Below are positions 46,277 to 55,928 of a stretch of 64,000 bases of DNA, one piece after another. Both the position numbers and the translations under genes were made by a program. The stretch lies in the IMG/VR virus record IMGVR_UViG_2675903433_000022; one strand, given 5' to 3'. The notes under the pieces were generated by a model. That model saw only the letters and a list, made by a program, of their open reading frames with translations. It was not told where the DNA came from and ran no database searches. Positions within the stretch are counted from its first letter, which is position 1, and each line of letters opens with the position of its first letter. This stretch comes from a virus. Its lineage: Duplodnaviria > Heunggongvirae > Uroviricota > Caudoviricetes.

Positions 46277-49200
46277 ATGTGGTACAGGGAAGGTACTATC
46301 ACATTTACACAGGGCAGCAATACTCTGGTTGGGGCAGGGACAGCCTGGAACGTAACAGCTAATGGTGTGTTGCCGGGGATGATCGTCATTGGCCCCGACA
46401 ACAAGCTGTATGAGATCAAGCGCGTAACCAGTGATACGAACATTGTTCTCTCAGAACCTTATACCGGCGAAACTCAGTCTGAAGTTCCGTGCCGAATCAT
46501 TACGACCTATGAAGGCGACTTAACACAGTTTAGCGCGCGCTTTACTGCACTAATGTCGCGTATGTCGGCTGATTCCAAGTCCATGCGCAGTTGGTTGACT
46601 GCTCTGGATGAGGTGACAATCGAGCGTGAAGACGGTACAGAAGTGACCGTTAAGCCGCTAATGCAGATCGTCAACGAGCACAACGAAAACGTTGAGTGGT
46701 ATAAAAATAACACTGACGCGATTAATGCTGCTGGCGACAAAGCTAGTGAGGCGGCGGCCAGTGCTGCCGCAGCAGCAGAAAGCGCCAATACCGCTGGAGA
46801 AAAAGCCTCTCAAGCGTCTCAAAGTGCATCCGCTGCGGCATCTTCACAAAGTGCTGCAAGTGCGAGCGCAACTGCTGCGAAAAAATCTGAAACGAACGCA
46901 CAAGCTGCAAAAGAAGCGGCAGCAGAATCAGCATCTGTAGCGTCGGCCAAAGCATCGGAGGCAGCAACATCTGCGTCCAGTGCCTCTGCGTCTAAGGATG
47001 CAGCCAAAGCATCAGAGACTAACGCTTCATCGAGTGCAAACGCGGCGGCATCATCGGCAACAGAAGCTGCAAATTCGTCTAAGGCAGCAAAAACGTCAGA
47101 GACAAACGCAAAAGCATCTGAAACGGCAGCCGAACAAAGTGCATCGTCTGCAAACAGTTCGAAATCTGCGGCAGAAGCATCAGCGAGCGCAGCCTCAGCA
47201 AGTGCGGTTAGTGCTTCATCAAGTGCAACAGCGGCAGGAAAATCTGCGGATAGTGCATCGTCATCAGCGACAATAGCTACCACAAAAGCGACAGAGGCGA
47301 CAAGTCAGGCTACAGCTGCTAAAAATTCAGCATCGGCAGCAAAAACCTCTGAAACAAATGCAAAGGTCTCAGAAGACAATGCGGCTTCCTCTAAGGCGGC
47401 AGCTGCTGAATCTGCAAGTTCTGCGTCTGCATCAGCCACCTCAGCATCCGCTTCAAAAGATGAGGCGACCAAGCAGGCATCAGCAGCGAAGGGTAGTGCT
47501 TCAACGGCATCCACGAAAGCAACAGAGGCGGCAGGCAGTGCGACGGCTGCATCTCAGAGCAAAGCTGCTGCTGAATCCGCTGCGACCCGTGCAGAAGCTG
47601 CCGCTGATCGTGCTGAAGAGATTGCCGGTGCAGTTGCGATGGAAGATGCAAGCCTTACCACCAAAGGTGTTGTGAAACTTAGCAGTGCTGTCGACAGCAC
47701 CAGTGAATCTTTAGCCGCGACACCAAAAGCAGTTAAGACCGCATATGATAATGCTGAAAAACGACTACAGAAGGATCAGAATGGTGCTGATATCCCCGAC
47801 AAGGGCCGCTTCCTGAATAACATTAATGTTTACAGCAAAGGTGAAGTGGATAAGAAAAAGGGGATGCGATACGTTGTGGTAAATGCCCCGGCGGGTGTCC
47901 AGGAAGGTAAATATTATCCGTTAGTGATAAAAAGGAATGACAGCCATCGGGCATCCCGCGTTGTCATTTCAACGCCAAGTCGCACAGCTAATCACAGAAT
48001 GAATAACTGTGAGTTTAATGGTTTTGTTTGCGCAGGCGGCTGGACGGACCGGGGTAGCTATGCCTGTGGTATGTTCTGGGCTTATTCATCATCGGAACGC
48101 GCTATTCATTCCATTCTGATGAGTAATAAAGGCGATACCGTAGACAGCGTATTCTATATAGAAGGTGGGGCATTTCCCGTAGAGGTCTTTTTAGAAGAAG
48201 GACTCTCCGTTACTGCACCTGCTTCTGATTATGTTGTTGCTGAAACGACTTATAAATTTGGCGCAACTGATCCTTATTCTGAATCAGTTGCGGTAAATTT
48301 AATTTTAGATTTTAAACAAGGCAATGGATTTTATAGTTCGTATCCTGTTTTGAGTAAGTCAGACATTAGCGGTAATAAGGTTTACGCTAATGATGAAGTT
48401 ATTGTCCGTAGTCAGAATGCGTTAAGGATGATTGCTGGCGATTACGGTGTCATATGGCGAAATGATGGAGCAAATACTTACTTGCTGATGACTGATAAAG
48501 GCGACCAGTACGGTGGCTGGAACGGTCTTCGACCATTTGCTGTAGATAACGCAACAGGTGAAGTTACGATCAATACACCACTTAATTCTCCAAAAGGGGT
48601 TAAGGGGAATTCTGATACAGCTACGAAACTTCAGACTGCAAGAAAAATATCCGGTGTTCCATTTGATGGCTCTACTGATATCACTTTAACCGCCGCGCAT
48701 GTTGCCGCTTTCGCAAGAAGAGCAACAGGGTCATATGCGGATGCTGATGGTGGCGTGCCGTGGAATGCTGAATCTGGTGCTTACAATGTAACTAGAACAG
48801 GCGACAGTTATATTCTTGCCAACTTTTATACCGGTGTAGGTAGTTGCCGTACGCTTCAAATTAAAGCTCACTATAAAAATGGTGGTCTGTTCTACCGTTC
48901 CTCAAGAGATGGCTATGGTTTTGAAAGTGGTTGGGAGCAGGTTTACACGACTGGATTTATGCCTCAGCCGGCTGATATAAACGCACCAACCGCTGCCGCT
49001 GGATGGTTAAATAGTGGTAACGGAACGGCATTTACGACTGCTCAATTTATAACTTGGCTAAATAATCAGGGGGCATTTACAAACAAACATTGGATCGCAC
49101 GGTGCTCATGGACTTACGCCAACAATAATTATATAGACGACACTGGTTGCGGTAGGATCGATCTATCTGGTTCCGTGATTGAGGTGTTTAGTAATAAGGC

Positions 49201-50695
49201 AACAAGCCACTACACTATTCGTGTTACAACGACAACAACATCAGGTCATGGTGGTGTTAATAATGCGGAATTTATTTATGTGTACAATGGGAGTGATTAT
49301 GCGCCAGGCTGGCGTCGTTCTTATAACACCAGAAACAAACCAACAGCTTCTGATGTAGGAGCATTACCGCTTTCAGGTGGCACATTATCTGGGGGGTTAA
49401 CGTCTTCTGGTGAGATCGTTTCAAAATATGCAAATGGTTTCCGCATTGCTTACGGTAACTATGGGTTCTTTATCCGTAATGACGGCGGCAGCACATATTT
49501 CATGCTAACAGCATCAGGAGATACGTTAGGTTCATGGAACAGTTTGCGACCGATTACAATTAATAATACCAGCGGTGTTGTGTCTATTGGTAATGGACTA
49601 AATGTTACTGGTGGCGTAAATGGTAGCTTGAATGGCAATGCTTCAACAGCTACGAAGTTACAAACAGCGAGAAACATCAATGGTGTTAAGTTTGATGGTT
49701 CAGGCGATATCAATATTAATACATTGGTTTCTCGTGGCCGAGTTACGGCTTTAAGCGGTTCTACTCAAGGTACTGCTGGCATTCAAATGTACGAGGCGTA
49801 CAACAATAGCTACCCGACCACGTATGGCAACGTATTGCACATGAAAGGGGCGAGTGCTGCTGGTGAGGGCGAGTTGCTTATTGGCTGGAGTGGTACGAGC
49901 GGTGCACATGCGCCGGTTTTCATTCGCTCCCGAAGAGATACCACTGATGCGGCATGGTCAGCGTGGGCGCAGGTATATACTGCTAAGGATTCAATTCCTG
50001 GTGTGAATACAACCGGTAATCAGAACACTACTGGTAATGCCGCAACCGCCACAAAATTGCAGACAGCAAGGAAAATTGCTGGTGTGGCGTTTGATGGCTC
50101 TGCCGATATTACTTTGACTGCGGCTAACCTTAATGCCTATACGAAAACAGAGGTAACAAACCTTCTAAGTTCCTATGCAACCAGATCATCACTGACAGGC
50201 TATAGTGGCAACCTGGATATTATTGCTGAAACACTGGTTGTCAAATCAGGCGGTAGTGGAGGGTTTGCTATATGGGATATTGGCACAACTACTAGCGGTG
50301 CCAATATGTACATTGATCCAAACCCAGGTATCAATACAGTTTGGCGTTCAACATCTTCAAGGCGCTATAAAAAGGATATTGAAACATTACAAGATCGATA
50401 TGCTGATGAACTTTTGTCATTAAGACCTGTTTGGTATCGTTCAATTTGTCGAGGTGACCGAAAGGATTGGGGGTATTACGGCCTTATTGCTGAAGAGGTT
50501 GGTGAGATTGCCCCGCAATATGTCCATTGGCGTGAACCAACAAATAATGATTCTCCAGAAGATATTTCCTCAAATGGTATGGTCGCTGAAGGGGTGATGT
50601 ATGAGCGTTTGGTTGTACCACTCATTCATCATATTCAGCAATTGACCAAAAGGGTTGAGGAGCTTGAAACGAAGTTAAATTCACCTAAAGAATAA
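46277..50695 (+). CDS. Long tail fibre with C-terminal intramolecular chaperone (S74-type)
   Basis: 1472 aa; Ala/Ser-rich low-complexity region; three ATKLQTARKIxGVxFDGSxDI repeats; C-terminal YKKDIETLQDRYADELLSLRPVWYR resembles self-cleaving chaperone domains. Confidence 0.8.
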   Translation: MWYREGTITFTQGSNTLVGAGTAWNVTANGVLPGMIVIGPDNKLYEIKRVTSDTNIVLSEPYTGETQSEVPCRIITTYEGDLTQFSARFTALMSRMSADSKSMRSWLTALDEVTIEREDGTEVTVKPLMQIVNEHNENVEWYKNNTDAINAAGDKASEAAASAAAAAESANTAGEKASQASQSASAAASSQSAASASATAAKKSETNAQAAKEAAAESASVASAKASEAATSASSASASKDAAKASETNASSSANAAASSATEAANSSKAAKTSETNAKASETAAEQSASSANSSKSAAEASASAASASAVSASSSATAAGKSADSASSSATIATTKATEATSQATAAKNSASAAKTSETNAKVSEDNAASSKAAAAESASSASASATSASASKDEATKQASAAKGSASTASTKATEAAGSATAASQSKAAAESAATRAEAAADRAEEIAGAVAMEDASLTTKGVVKLSSAVDSTSESLAATPKAVKTAYDNAEKRLQKDQNGADIPDKGRFLNNINVYSKGEVDKKKGMRYVVVNAPAGVQEGKYYPLVIKRNDSHRASRVVISTPSRTANHRMNNCEFNGFVCAGGWTDRGSYACGMFWAYSSSERAIHSILMSNKGDTVDSVFYIEGGAFPVEVFLEEGLSVTAPASDYVVAETTYKFGATDPYSESVAVNLILDFKQGNGFYSSYPVLSKSDISGNKVYANDEVIVRSQNALRMIAGDYGVIWRNDGANTYLLMTDKGDQYGGWNGLRPFAVDNATGEVTINTPLNSPKGVKGNSDTATKLQTARKISGVPFDGSTDITLTAAHVAAFARRATGSYADADGGVPWNAESGAYNVTRTGDSYILANFYTGVGSCRTLQIKAHYKNGGLFYRSSRDGYGFESGWEQVYTTGFMPQPADINAPTAAAGWLNSGNGTAFTTAQFITWLNNQGAFTNKHWIARCSWTYANNNYIDDTGCGRIDLSGSVIEVFSNKATSHYTIRVTTTTTSGHGGVNNAEFIYVYNGSDYAPGWRRSYNTRNKPTASDVGALPLSGGTLSGGLTSSGEIVSKYANGFRIAYGNYGFFIRNDGGSTYFMLTASGDTLGSWNSLRPITINNTSGVVSIGNGLNVTGGVNGSLNGNASTATKLQTARNINGVKFDGSGDININTLVSRGRVTALSGSTQGTAGIQMYEAYNNSYPTTYGNVLHMKGASAAGEGELLIGWSGTSGAHAPVFIRSRRDTTDAAWSAWAQVYTAKDSIPGVNTTGNQNTTGNAATATKLQTARKIAGVAFDGSADITLTAANLNAYTKTEVTNLLSSYATRSSLTGYSGNLDIIAETLVVKSGGSGGFAIWDIGTTTSGANMYIDPNPGINTVWRSTSSRRYKKDIETLQDRYADELLSLRPVWYRSICRGDRKDWGYYGLIAEEVGEIAPQYVHWREPTNNDSPEDISSNGMVAEGVMYERLVVPLIHHIQQLTKRVEELETKLNSPKE
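46720..47650 (+). repeat. Low-complexity Ala/Ser/Lys-rich repeat region within the tail-fibre gene
   Basis: Repetitive ASxAAxSA units; generates spurious ORFs on both strands. Confidence 0.4.
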
Positions 50696-50755
50696 ACAAC
50701 TTCAATCGGGGCTGGAACTAAACCAGCCCCTGCTTAAAAGTATAAGGATATATTT

Positions 50756-51010
50756 ATGAGCTATGGTGCACAGGTATGGTCGCCATCAAGACAGGAGATG
50801 GTCGATGCGTTGGCCCCTGTTTATTACCTCGATTATTTTACTCCCTCTGGTTCTGGAAGTAGAACATATGAGGTTGAGGCGGGATTGGGAATCGACTATT
50901 ACATAATGGACGTAACCAATGGGAAATACACAAGTCTTACGGTTTCTGGAAATACCATTTCATGGTCTGGAGCTAGTGGCAATTTAAACATATTGGTTTT
51001 TCAAAAATAA
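50756..51010 (+). CDS. Hypothetical tail-fibre-associated protein
   Basis: 84 aa; AAGGA RBS. Confidence 0.5.
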   Translation: MSYGAQVWSPSRQEMVDALAPVYYLDYFTPSGSGSRTYEVEAGLGIDYYIMDVTNGKYTSLTVSGNTISWSGASGNLNILVFQK

Positions 51011-51618
51011 TGTACGGAAGCAAGATATATCGATCTGACGGGAAGGTCTGGATGTCTCCTTCTTTGTCTCCTATCGTTTTTCAGAGAAAGCAGGTTGTTT
51101 CTTTGTCTGGCGGGACAGAGTTTAACACCCAAATATCTCCAGATCGTTCACCGATGATTTTTGTTGCCTATTCGAAAGCTGTTTCATTAATAGCCAACAG
51201 AATAGTGCGTAACAACCAGGTGATTTACAGTTTCGGAGGTCAGGGTAGCGACTCTAGTGCCACGATATACGTATTTTCGAAAGGTATAGCCAAAAAAGAA
51301 ACTTGGGGCATGAGTTTTTTCAATGCGCGAGGAGAGGAGATCTATAATACGGCAAATATCCCACTTTCATTTACCTTTCTTAATAATACGGAGTGGAACA
51401 GTTCTGGAGGGCATGTTTTTGATTACCCGCCAGCGATAATCCCAACATATGCAAATGTGTTCGCGGTTCCAGTACCGGGCGGGGCCATGACAATGGTTTA
51501 TGGATATGCGGCATATGGAAATACTGTTAGTTCCATATTCGTAAACCAACTTAATGGCGGCCATAGTTTTAGCGTAAATGGCAGAGTACCGGTAATAAAT
51601 AGAAATCTGTATAACTGA
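51010..51618 (+). CDS. Hypothetical tail-fibre-associated protein
   Basis: 202 aa; TAATG coupling. Confidence 0.5.
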   Translation: MYGSKIYRSDGKVWMSPSLSPIVFQRKQVVSLSGGTEFNTQISPDRSPMIFVAYSKAVSLIANRIVRNNQVIYSFGGQGSDSSATIYVFSKGIAKKETWGMSFFNARGEEIYNTANIPLSFTFLNNTEWNSSGGHVFDYPPAIIPTYANVFAVPVPGGAMTMVYGYAAYGNTVSSIFVNQLNGGHSFSVNGRVPVINRNLYN

Positions 51619-51628
51619 TGAGTAAACG

Positions 51629-51859
51629 ATGAAAAGATTATTTCTAACAATAGCTGTTGTTCTCTCTCTTACTGGCTGTCAGAAATTGCCGACACCCATA
51701 TGTTATGGTGAGGCTATCATTGGTGGACAGGAGACAGTCATACCTATATATGCTGTTAAAAAGGTTAACGGCTATACCTTATACAAAGCGGGTAGCATCT
51801 ATAACTGGCGATGGGTTGGAGTAGGTGCTTTCTCATCAGTGCGTTGCAATGCTGAATGA
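51629..51859 (+). CDS. Small lipoprotein, candidate superinfection-exclusion (Llp/Cor-like position)
   Basis: 76 aa with signal peptide and lipobox LTGC; located directly downstream of the fibre genes. Confidence 0.6.
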   Translation: MKRLFLTIAVVLSLTGCQKLPTPICYGEAIIGGQETVIPIYAVKKVNGYTLYKAGSIYNWRWVGVGAFSSVRCNAE

Positions 51860-51879
51860 TAAGTAAGTACATACCTACA
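51859..51879. promoter_or_regulatory. GATAAGTAAGTACATACCTAC, late-region motif copy
   Basis: Intergenic before the lysis cassette. Confidence 0.4.
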
Positions 51880-51940
51880 ACAAGAAGGTGAAATGTGATA
51901 TAAATCCGCCATCCCGATTTGACTTTTCATGGAGGAAAAC

Positions 51941-52264
51941 ATGTCGAACGAGATGGCGGGCGTTACAACAGAGCAAGTTGAGCGTATTGCCGCGATCGTT
52001 GCTCGGGAGGTTGTTGGCAAATTAGGCAAAGAGCTACGTGAAGAAATTGGCCAGGAGGTCAATGATCAGCTGAAAACCTACTTTGGTGATATGACCCCGG
52101 CGCAACATAGTATTCAACACTCCAACCTGGACAAGCTCCTTAACCGGTTAGATTCCATCTCCAGTGGGTTCTTTGGCGGCATTGTTTCTAAAATAACGTC
52201 GTTCATTATTACCGCACTGCTTTTGGGGTTAGCCGCGTATGGCGTAAAAAATGGACTGCAATAA
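51941..52264 (+). CDS. Membrane protein with single C-terminal TM segment (possible holin-like protein)
   Basis: GGAGG RBS 5 nt before ATG; C-terminal ITSFIITALLLGLAAYGV. Confidence 0.45.
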   Translation: MSNEMAGVTTEQVERIAAIVAREVVGKLGKELREEIGQEVNDQLKTYFGDMTPAQHSIQHSNLDKLLNRLDSISSGFFGGIVSKITSFIITALLLGLAAYGVKNGLQ

Positions 52265-52277
52265 CAGGAGATCAAGG

Positions 52278-52970
52278 ATGAAGACTCCGAGAGGCATTCG
52301 TAATAATAACCCCGGTAATCTTGATAAAGGATCACCGTGGCAAGGTCTGGTTGCGAATCCAGACGAACCGCGTTTTTGCACGTTTAAAGACCCTGTTTGG
52401 GGGATTCGTGCGCTGGCGGTGACTCTAATTACCTACCACGACAAACGTCGCGCAAAAGACGGCTCAAGTATCGATACCATTCGTGAAGTTATTGAACGTT
52501 GGGCACCGCCGAATGAAAACAACACTGACGCCTACATTAATGAGGTGTCTAAAGCCGTTGGTGTAACCGCAGACATGATCATCGATCTGCATGATTACGA
52601 CATCCTTCGACCTTTGGTTGAGGCAATCATTCGCCACGAGAATGGCCGGGGTCCGCTAAAAACGCTGAACACCTGGTATGCGGCAGAAGTTATTGAGGAA
52701 GGTCTGCGTCGAGCTGGCGTTGTTAAGCCGGTGAAAACCGTGAAGGCTGTTCCTGTAACTAAAGAAACAGCAGGCGCAACTGTTACAGCAGGTATTGGTC
52801 TGGCGCAACTGGCCGATGTTATGCCGCAGGTTTCCGCTGCTATGGATAAGGCACAAGGCCATATCTCTAGCGGGGATACAGTACGCATCATCTTCGGTAT
52901 TGCCACTATTGTTGTGGCCGGATTCATTGCCTGGTCGCAGGTAAGAAAACACCAGAAAGGGATGGTCTAA
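52278..52970 (+). CDS. Lysis-module protein, possible cell-wall hydrolase with C-terminal membrane anchor
   Basis: AGGAG RBS; hydrophobic C-terminus IIFGIATIVVAGFIAW; position between putative holin and spanins. Confidence 0.5.
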   Translation: MKTPRGIRNNNPGNLDKGSPWQGLVANPDEPRFCTFKDPVWGIRALAVTLITYHDKRRAKDGSSIDTIREVIERWAPPNENNTDAYINEVSKAVGVTADMIIDLHDYDILRPLVEAIIRHENGRGPLKTLNTWYAAEVIEEGLRRAGVVKPVKTVKAVPVTKETAGATVTAGIGLAQLADVMPQVSAAMDKAQGHISSGDTVRIIFGIATIVVAGFIAWSQVRKHQKGMV

Positions 52971-52971
52971 T

Positions 52972-53223
52972 ATGCTAGGCAGCCTGATGACAAAGCTAAA
53001 AGTTGCTTTGATTACGCTGGCTGCCGTTCTTTTCGTTCTGGTCGGCGCTTACACGATGGGCGGGAATGCAGCACGACGAGCAATGGAAGAGAAGGCAAAA
53101 CAGGAAGACAGAAAACGACTTCAAAGCACAGTGGACGTCAAAAATGAAACACTTGATGAGTTACGGCGCAAGGATGCTTCTTCTGTTCATCATGAGTTGC
53201 ACAATAAGTGGTTGCGTGATTAA
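52972..53223 (+). CDS. i-spanin (Rz-like)
   Basis: 83 aa, N-terminal TM helix then charged coiled region. Confidence 0.6.
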   Translation: MLGSLMTKLKVALITLAAVLFVLVGAYTMGGNAARRAMEEKAKQEDRKRLQSTVDVKNETLDELRRKDASSVHHELHNKWLRD

Positions 53224-53374
53224 GCCTCAACCCGCTGGTGTGCTTTTCTGCGATGCGGCTACACCGCTATACATCAGCCGTGATGATCTCATGACCGAAG
53301 AGACTGAAAGAGAGGTGCTTTTTCACAATATGATAGGGGAGCGATTGTGTGGATGGGGCAGAAAAGTACCATAA
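53144..53374 (+). CDS. o-spanin (Rz1-like lipoprotein), overlapping the i-spanin gene in the +1 frame
   Basis: MKHLMSYGARMLLLFIMSCTISGC signal with lipobox; start lies inside the Rz-like gene. Confidence 0.55.
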   Translation: MKHLMSYGARMLLLFIMSCTISGCVIKPQPAGVLFCDAATPLYISRDDLMTEETEREVLFHNMIGERLCGWGRKVP

Positions 53375-53551
53375 CAGAAGAGGAGTTTTCTAACATAAAA
53401 TTTGCATATTATTAGAGCACAAGGTAGATTTGGCACATGGATGTCAAGTAAATCATCCCTTGCATTAATGCTGCGACGCATACTCGTAGCCTCTAAACCC
53501 TGACAAGGGTCGCCGCTATGACATTAAGTTAATACCGGCTAAGGTGGACAC

Positions 53552-53935
53552 ATGCTGAACGAAAAACGTTCTATACAAACAATTCGCGATTGCACGAGTG
53601 TTATCGCAACTCATGTGCTGAATAAGCGCAAACTTGAGGTGCGTAAACTTAACAACGATGCGACTGCGCCAAAAGACACTCGCTTCATCGTAACTTTCAA
53701 AGACGATGTTGAGAATGCTGGTGCCAGTGTAAAACCGTTGGCTGAAGCGATTTTCCTGAACGATCGTGTTCGTTTCATTGTGAAGCCAGCAAAACAATAC
53801 CCTGAATTAGCACGGTTTAGTGACCAATTCTCTGAAATTATTGAGAGTGCAATTCGCCGCTTTCTTAATACTCATGGTAGCATTGTCAGCAATACAACTG
53901 CTGATGGTACTGCTCTAAGATGGCACCTACACTAG
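53552..53935 (+). CDS. Hypothetical protein
   Basis: 127 aa; RBS ctaaggtggac. Confidence 0.5.
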   Translation: MLNEKRSIQTIRDCTSVIATHVLNKRKLEVRKLNNDATAPKDTRFIVTFKDDVENAGASVKPLAEAIFLNDRVRFIVKPAKQYPELARFSDQFSEIIESAIRRFLNTHGSIVSNTTADGTALRWHLH

Positions 53936-54672
53936 AACGCACATACTCTAAAAATCTTTATGAGTTTCCTCACCGTGGGGAAACTCGCGTTTCACGTTTT
54001 GGCTACCTCATCAACGAAGCATCGCTTTTCAAAATATCTGAAATAACCATTATCGAGCCTGATGATGATATCTGTCTGTATATCCTGATGGAGAAAGTTG
54101 GAGCACGAGATCAGGGTGAACTGATGGACTTCATTCTGGACAGAGGCGAAGATGGAATGTCTGATTCGGACATTATTCAAGCAATTCTGCGTTCCGACAT
54201 GCTCGATCAGAGCAGAAACACGATAGCAGGCAGAATTGCCTTGCGTGAATACACATTCATCGAGGATGGGGTAGAGATTGACTGCTATCAGATTGCAGGT
54301 GTTGAAACAGAAAGAGCAATAAGGCAAAGGGGACTGTGCAACCTCACGTATCGCTTCCTCCTTCATTGGTACGAACATCTTGTCTGTGATTACAATCAGA
54401 CCATTCCTGGCGCAAAAATCTGGGCCGGTCCATTAATGCGAACAGGTGATGTAAGAATTTACAACGCAAAAACTGAGACGTTCGAGGATGTGTTAGGCGA
54501 ATATGGGATGGGAAAAGAAACCGGCTTTTTGCCGTGGAACAGAGGATTGTTACTTGATCCAGAATTAAGCTCTTGGTTTCCAAATAAGGTGCAAGTTAAC
54601 GTTGAGAAATTTATCGTACTTATCATCTCCCGCAAAACAAGAACCCCAGTTGGTTTATATCTAAAAGATTAA
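53920..54672 (+). CDS. Hypothetical protein
   Basis: 250 aa, overlaps upstream gene by 16 nt. Confidence 0.55.
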   Translation: MAPTLERTYSKNLYEFPHRGETRVSRFGYLINEASLFKISEITIIEPDDDICLYILMEKVGARDQGELMDFILDRGEDGMSDSDIIQAILRSDMLDQSRNTIAGRIALREYTFIEDGVEIDCYQIAGVETERAIRQRGLCNLTYRFLLHWYEHLVCDYNQTIPGAKIWAGPLMRTGDVRIYNAKTETFEDVLGEYGMGKETGFLPWNRGLLLDPELSSWFPNKVQVNVEKFIVLIISRKTRTPVGLYLKD

Positions 54673-54677
54673 CAATT

Positions 54678-54700
54678 AGGCGACTTCTGTCGCCTTTTTT
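54678..54700 (+). terminator. Rho-independent terminator
   Basis: aggcgac-ttct-gtcgcct hairpin plus TTTTTT. Confidence 0.65.
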
Positions 54701-54800
54701 GTTAACAGCCATTGATTCTCGCCTAAAAATTCTAAGGCAGCACCTACCATTTAACCTTTACACAGCAGCCGTAGGCATTTAGGCTATATCACATATAAGA

Positions 54801-54813
54801 AAACAAGTTGTTT
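54801..54813. promoter_or_regulatory. AAACAAgTTGTTT palindrome upstream of parA-like gene
   Basis: Perfect copy 36 nt before the ATG. Confidence 0.45.
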
Positions 54814-54848
54814 CAGACAATAATAATAGACGCAAAGGGAACTCTCCA

Positions 54849-55517
54849 ATGACCAAGATCTTTGTGGTTGGCGGCACAAAGGGCGGGCCTGGCAAATCCA
54901 CTGTTGCCCAGCAAATTGCCGTTTGCCTGAAAGTCAAAAAGAAGAAGAAGGTTTATATCACTGATATAGATATTCAGCGCACGACAACAAGCTGGTGTGA
55001 AGACCGTCGACAGAACGAAGACCTTGAGCTGATTCCTTTTGCCTACGTTCAGGATGACATCATTAAGCACCTAAAATCGCTTCAGGGTAGAGCTGAGTTT
55101 GTAGTGGTAGATGCTGGTGGCTTTGACTCCGAAATTCAGCGACAAGCGATGCTGATGGCCGACGTTATCATTATCCCGCTGCGTCCTAAGCGTCGTGATT
55201 TGAAATCTCTGCGTGACATCGATCCTATTATCGACAATGTTCGTAATGTAAACGATAAAGTGAAGGTCCGCGCGGTCATGAACCAGTGCCCGGCTTTGCC
55301 ATCACAAGTGTCTCGCATTCTGGCGGCTAAAGAGATTGTCGAGACGTTTGGCATCGAGTCTGCGCCAGTCAATCTATATAACCGCAACGTCTACGATGAT
55401 GCGGAAGAGTCTGGTCGTTCTATCTTCGAAATGACCGGTAGCGAGCGCGACAAAAAGGCTGAAGCCGAGTTTGAAGAATTTGTAGATTATCTGTTGAGTC
55501 TGGAGGAAGAAGAATAA
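54849..55517 (+). CDS. ParA/ParF-family partition ATPase
   Basis: Deviant Walker A KIFVVGGTKGGPGKST; 222 aa (small type Ib ParA size). Confidence 0.85.
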   Translation: MTKIFVVGGTKGGPGKSTVAQQIAVCLKVKKKKKVYITDIDIQRTTTSWCEDRRQNEDLELIPFAYVQDDIIKHLKSLQGRAEFVVVDAGGFDSEIQRQAMLMADVIIIPLRPKRRDLKSLRDIDPIIDNVRNVNDKVKVRAVMNQCPALPSQVSRILAAKEIVETFGIESAPVNLYNRNVYDDAEESGRSIFEMTGSERDKKAEAEFEEFVDYLLSLEEEE

Positions 55518-55876
55518 TGTCCATGAAAATGGGTGACCTAGCAAAGCGCAAAGAGCCTGATGCACCGGCTAAGAACACAACTCCTTTGCGCCAACCAGTC
55601 AGACCACAGGGACGCCCGACTCGTGGCAAAGAGAAAATTAAGAGCCGCACGATGTCACTGGAGGACGAATACTTCGAACTGCTGGAGATGATGAAGTTCA
55701 TCCCTCGTTTCGAGAAATTCACCCGTTCAGACGTGATTCGCGCAGCCATTTTCCATCTGGCAGAGAAGTCACCGCAGGAAATCGAGGACATCGTGAAACT
55801 TAACGAGGCGATCACAGCTGCCGATGTCACGATGCGTACCGATGAAATCAAACGAGAGTTGATGAAAAAAGGTTAA
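55517..55876 (+). CDS. ParG-like small partition / centromere-binding protein (putative RHH)
   Basis: 119 aa, basic disordered N-terminus, TAATG-coupled to ParA-like gene. Confidence 0.55.
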   Translation: MSMKMGDLAKRKEPDAPAKNTTPLRQPVRPQGRPTRGKEKIKSRTMSLEDEYFELLEMMKFIPRFEKFTRSDVIRAAIFHLAEKSPQEIEDIVKLNEAITAADVTMRTDEIKRELMKKG

Positions 55877-55928
55877 AAATCATGCATTGGCGCAATGTAC
55901 GCGCCAATGCATAACTACAGTGTCAGCT

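Noticed and set aside
46507-47675. ORFs on both strands of 69-154 aa, Ala/Asp- or Gln/Arg-rich
   Set aside because: Artefacts of the low-complexity repeat region inside the tail-fibre gene.
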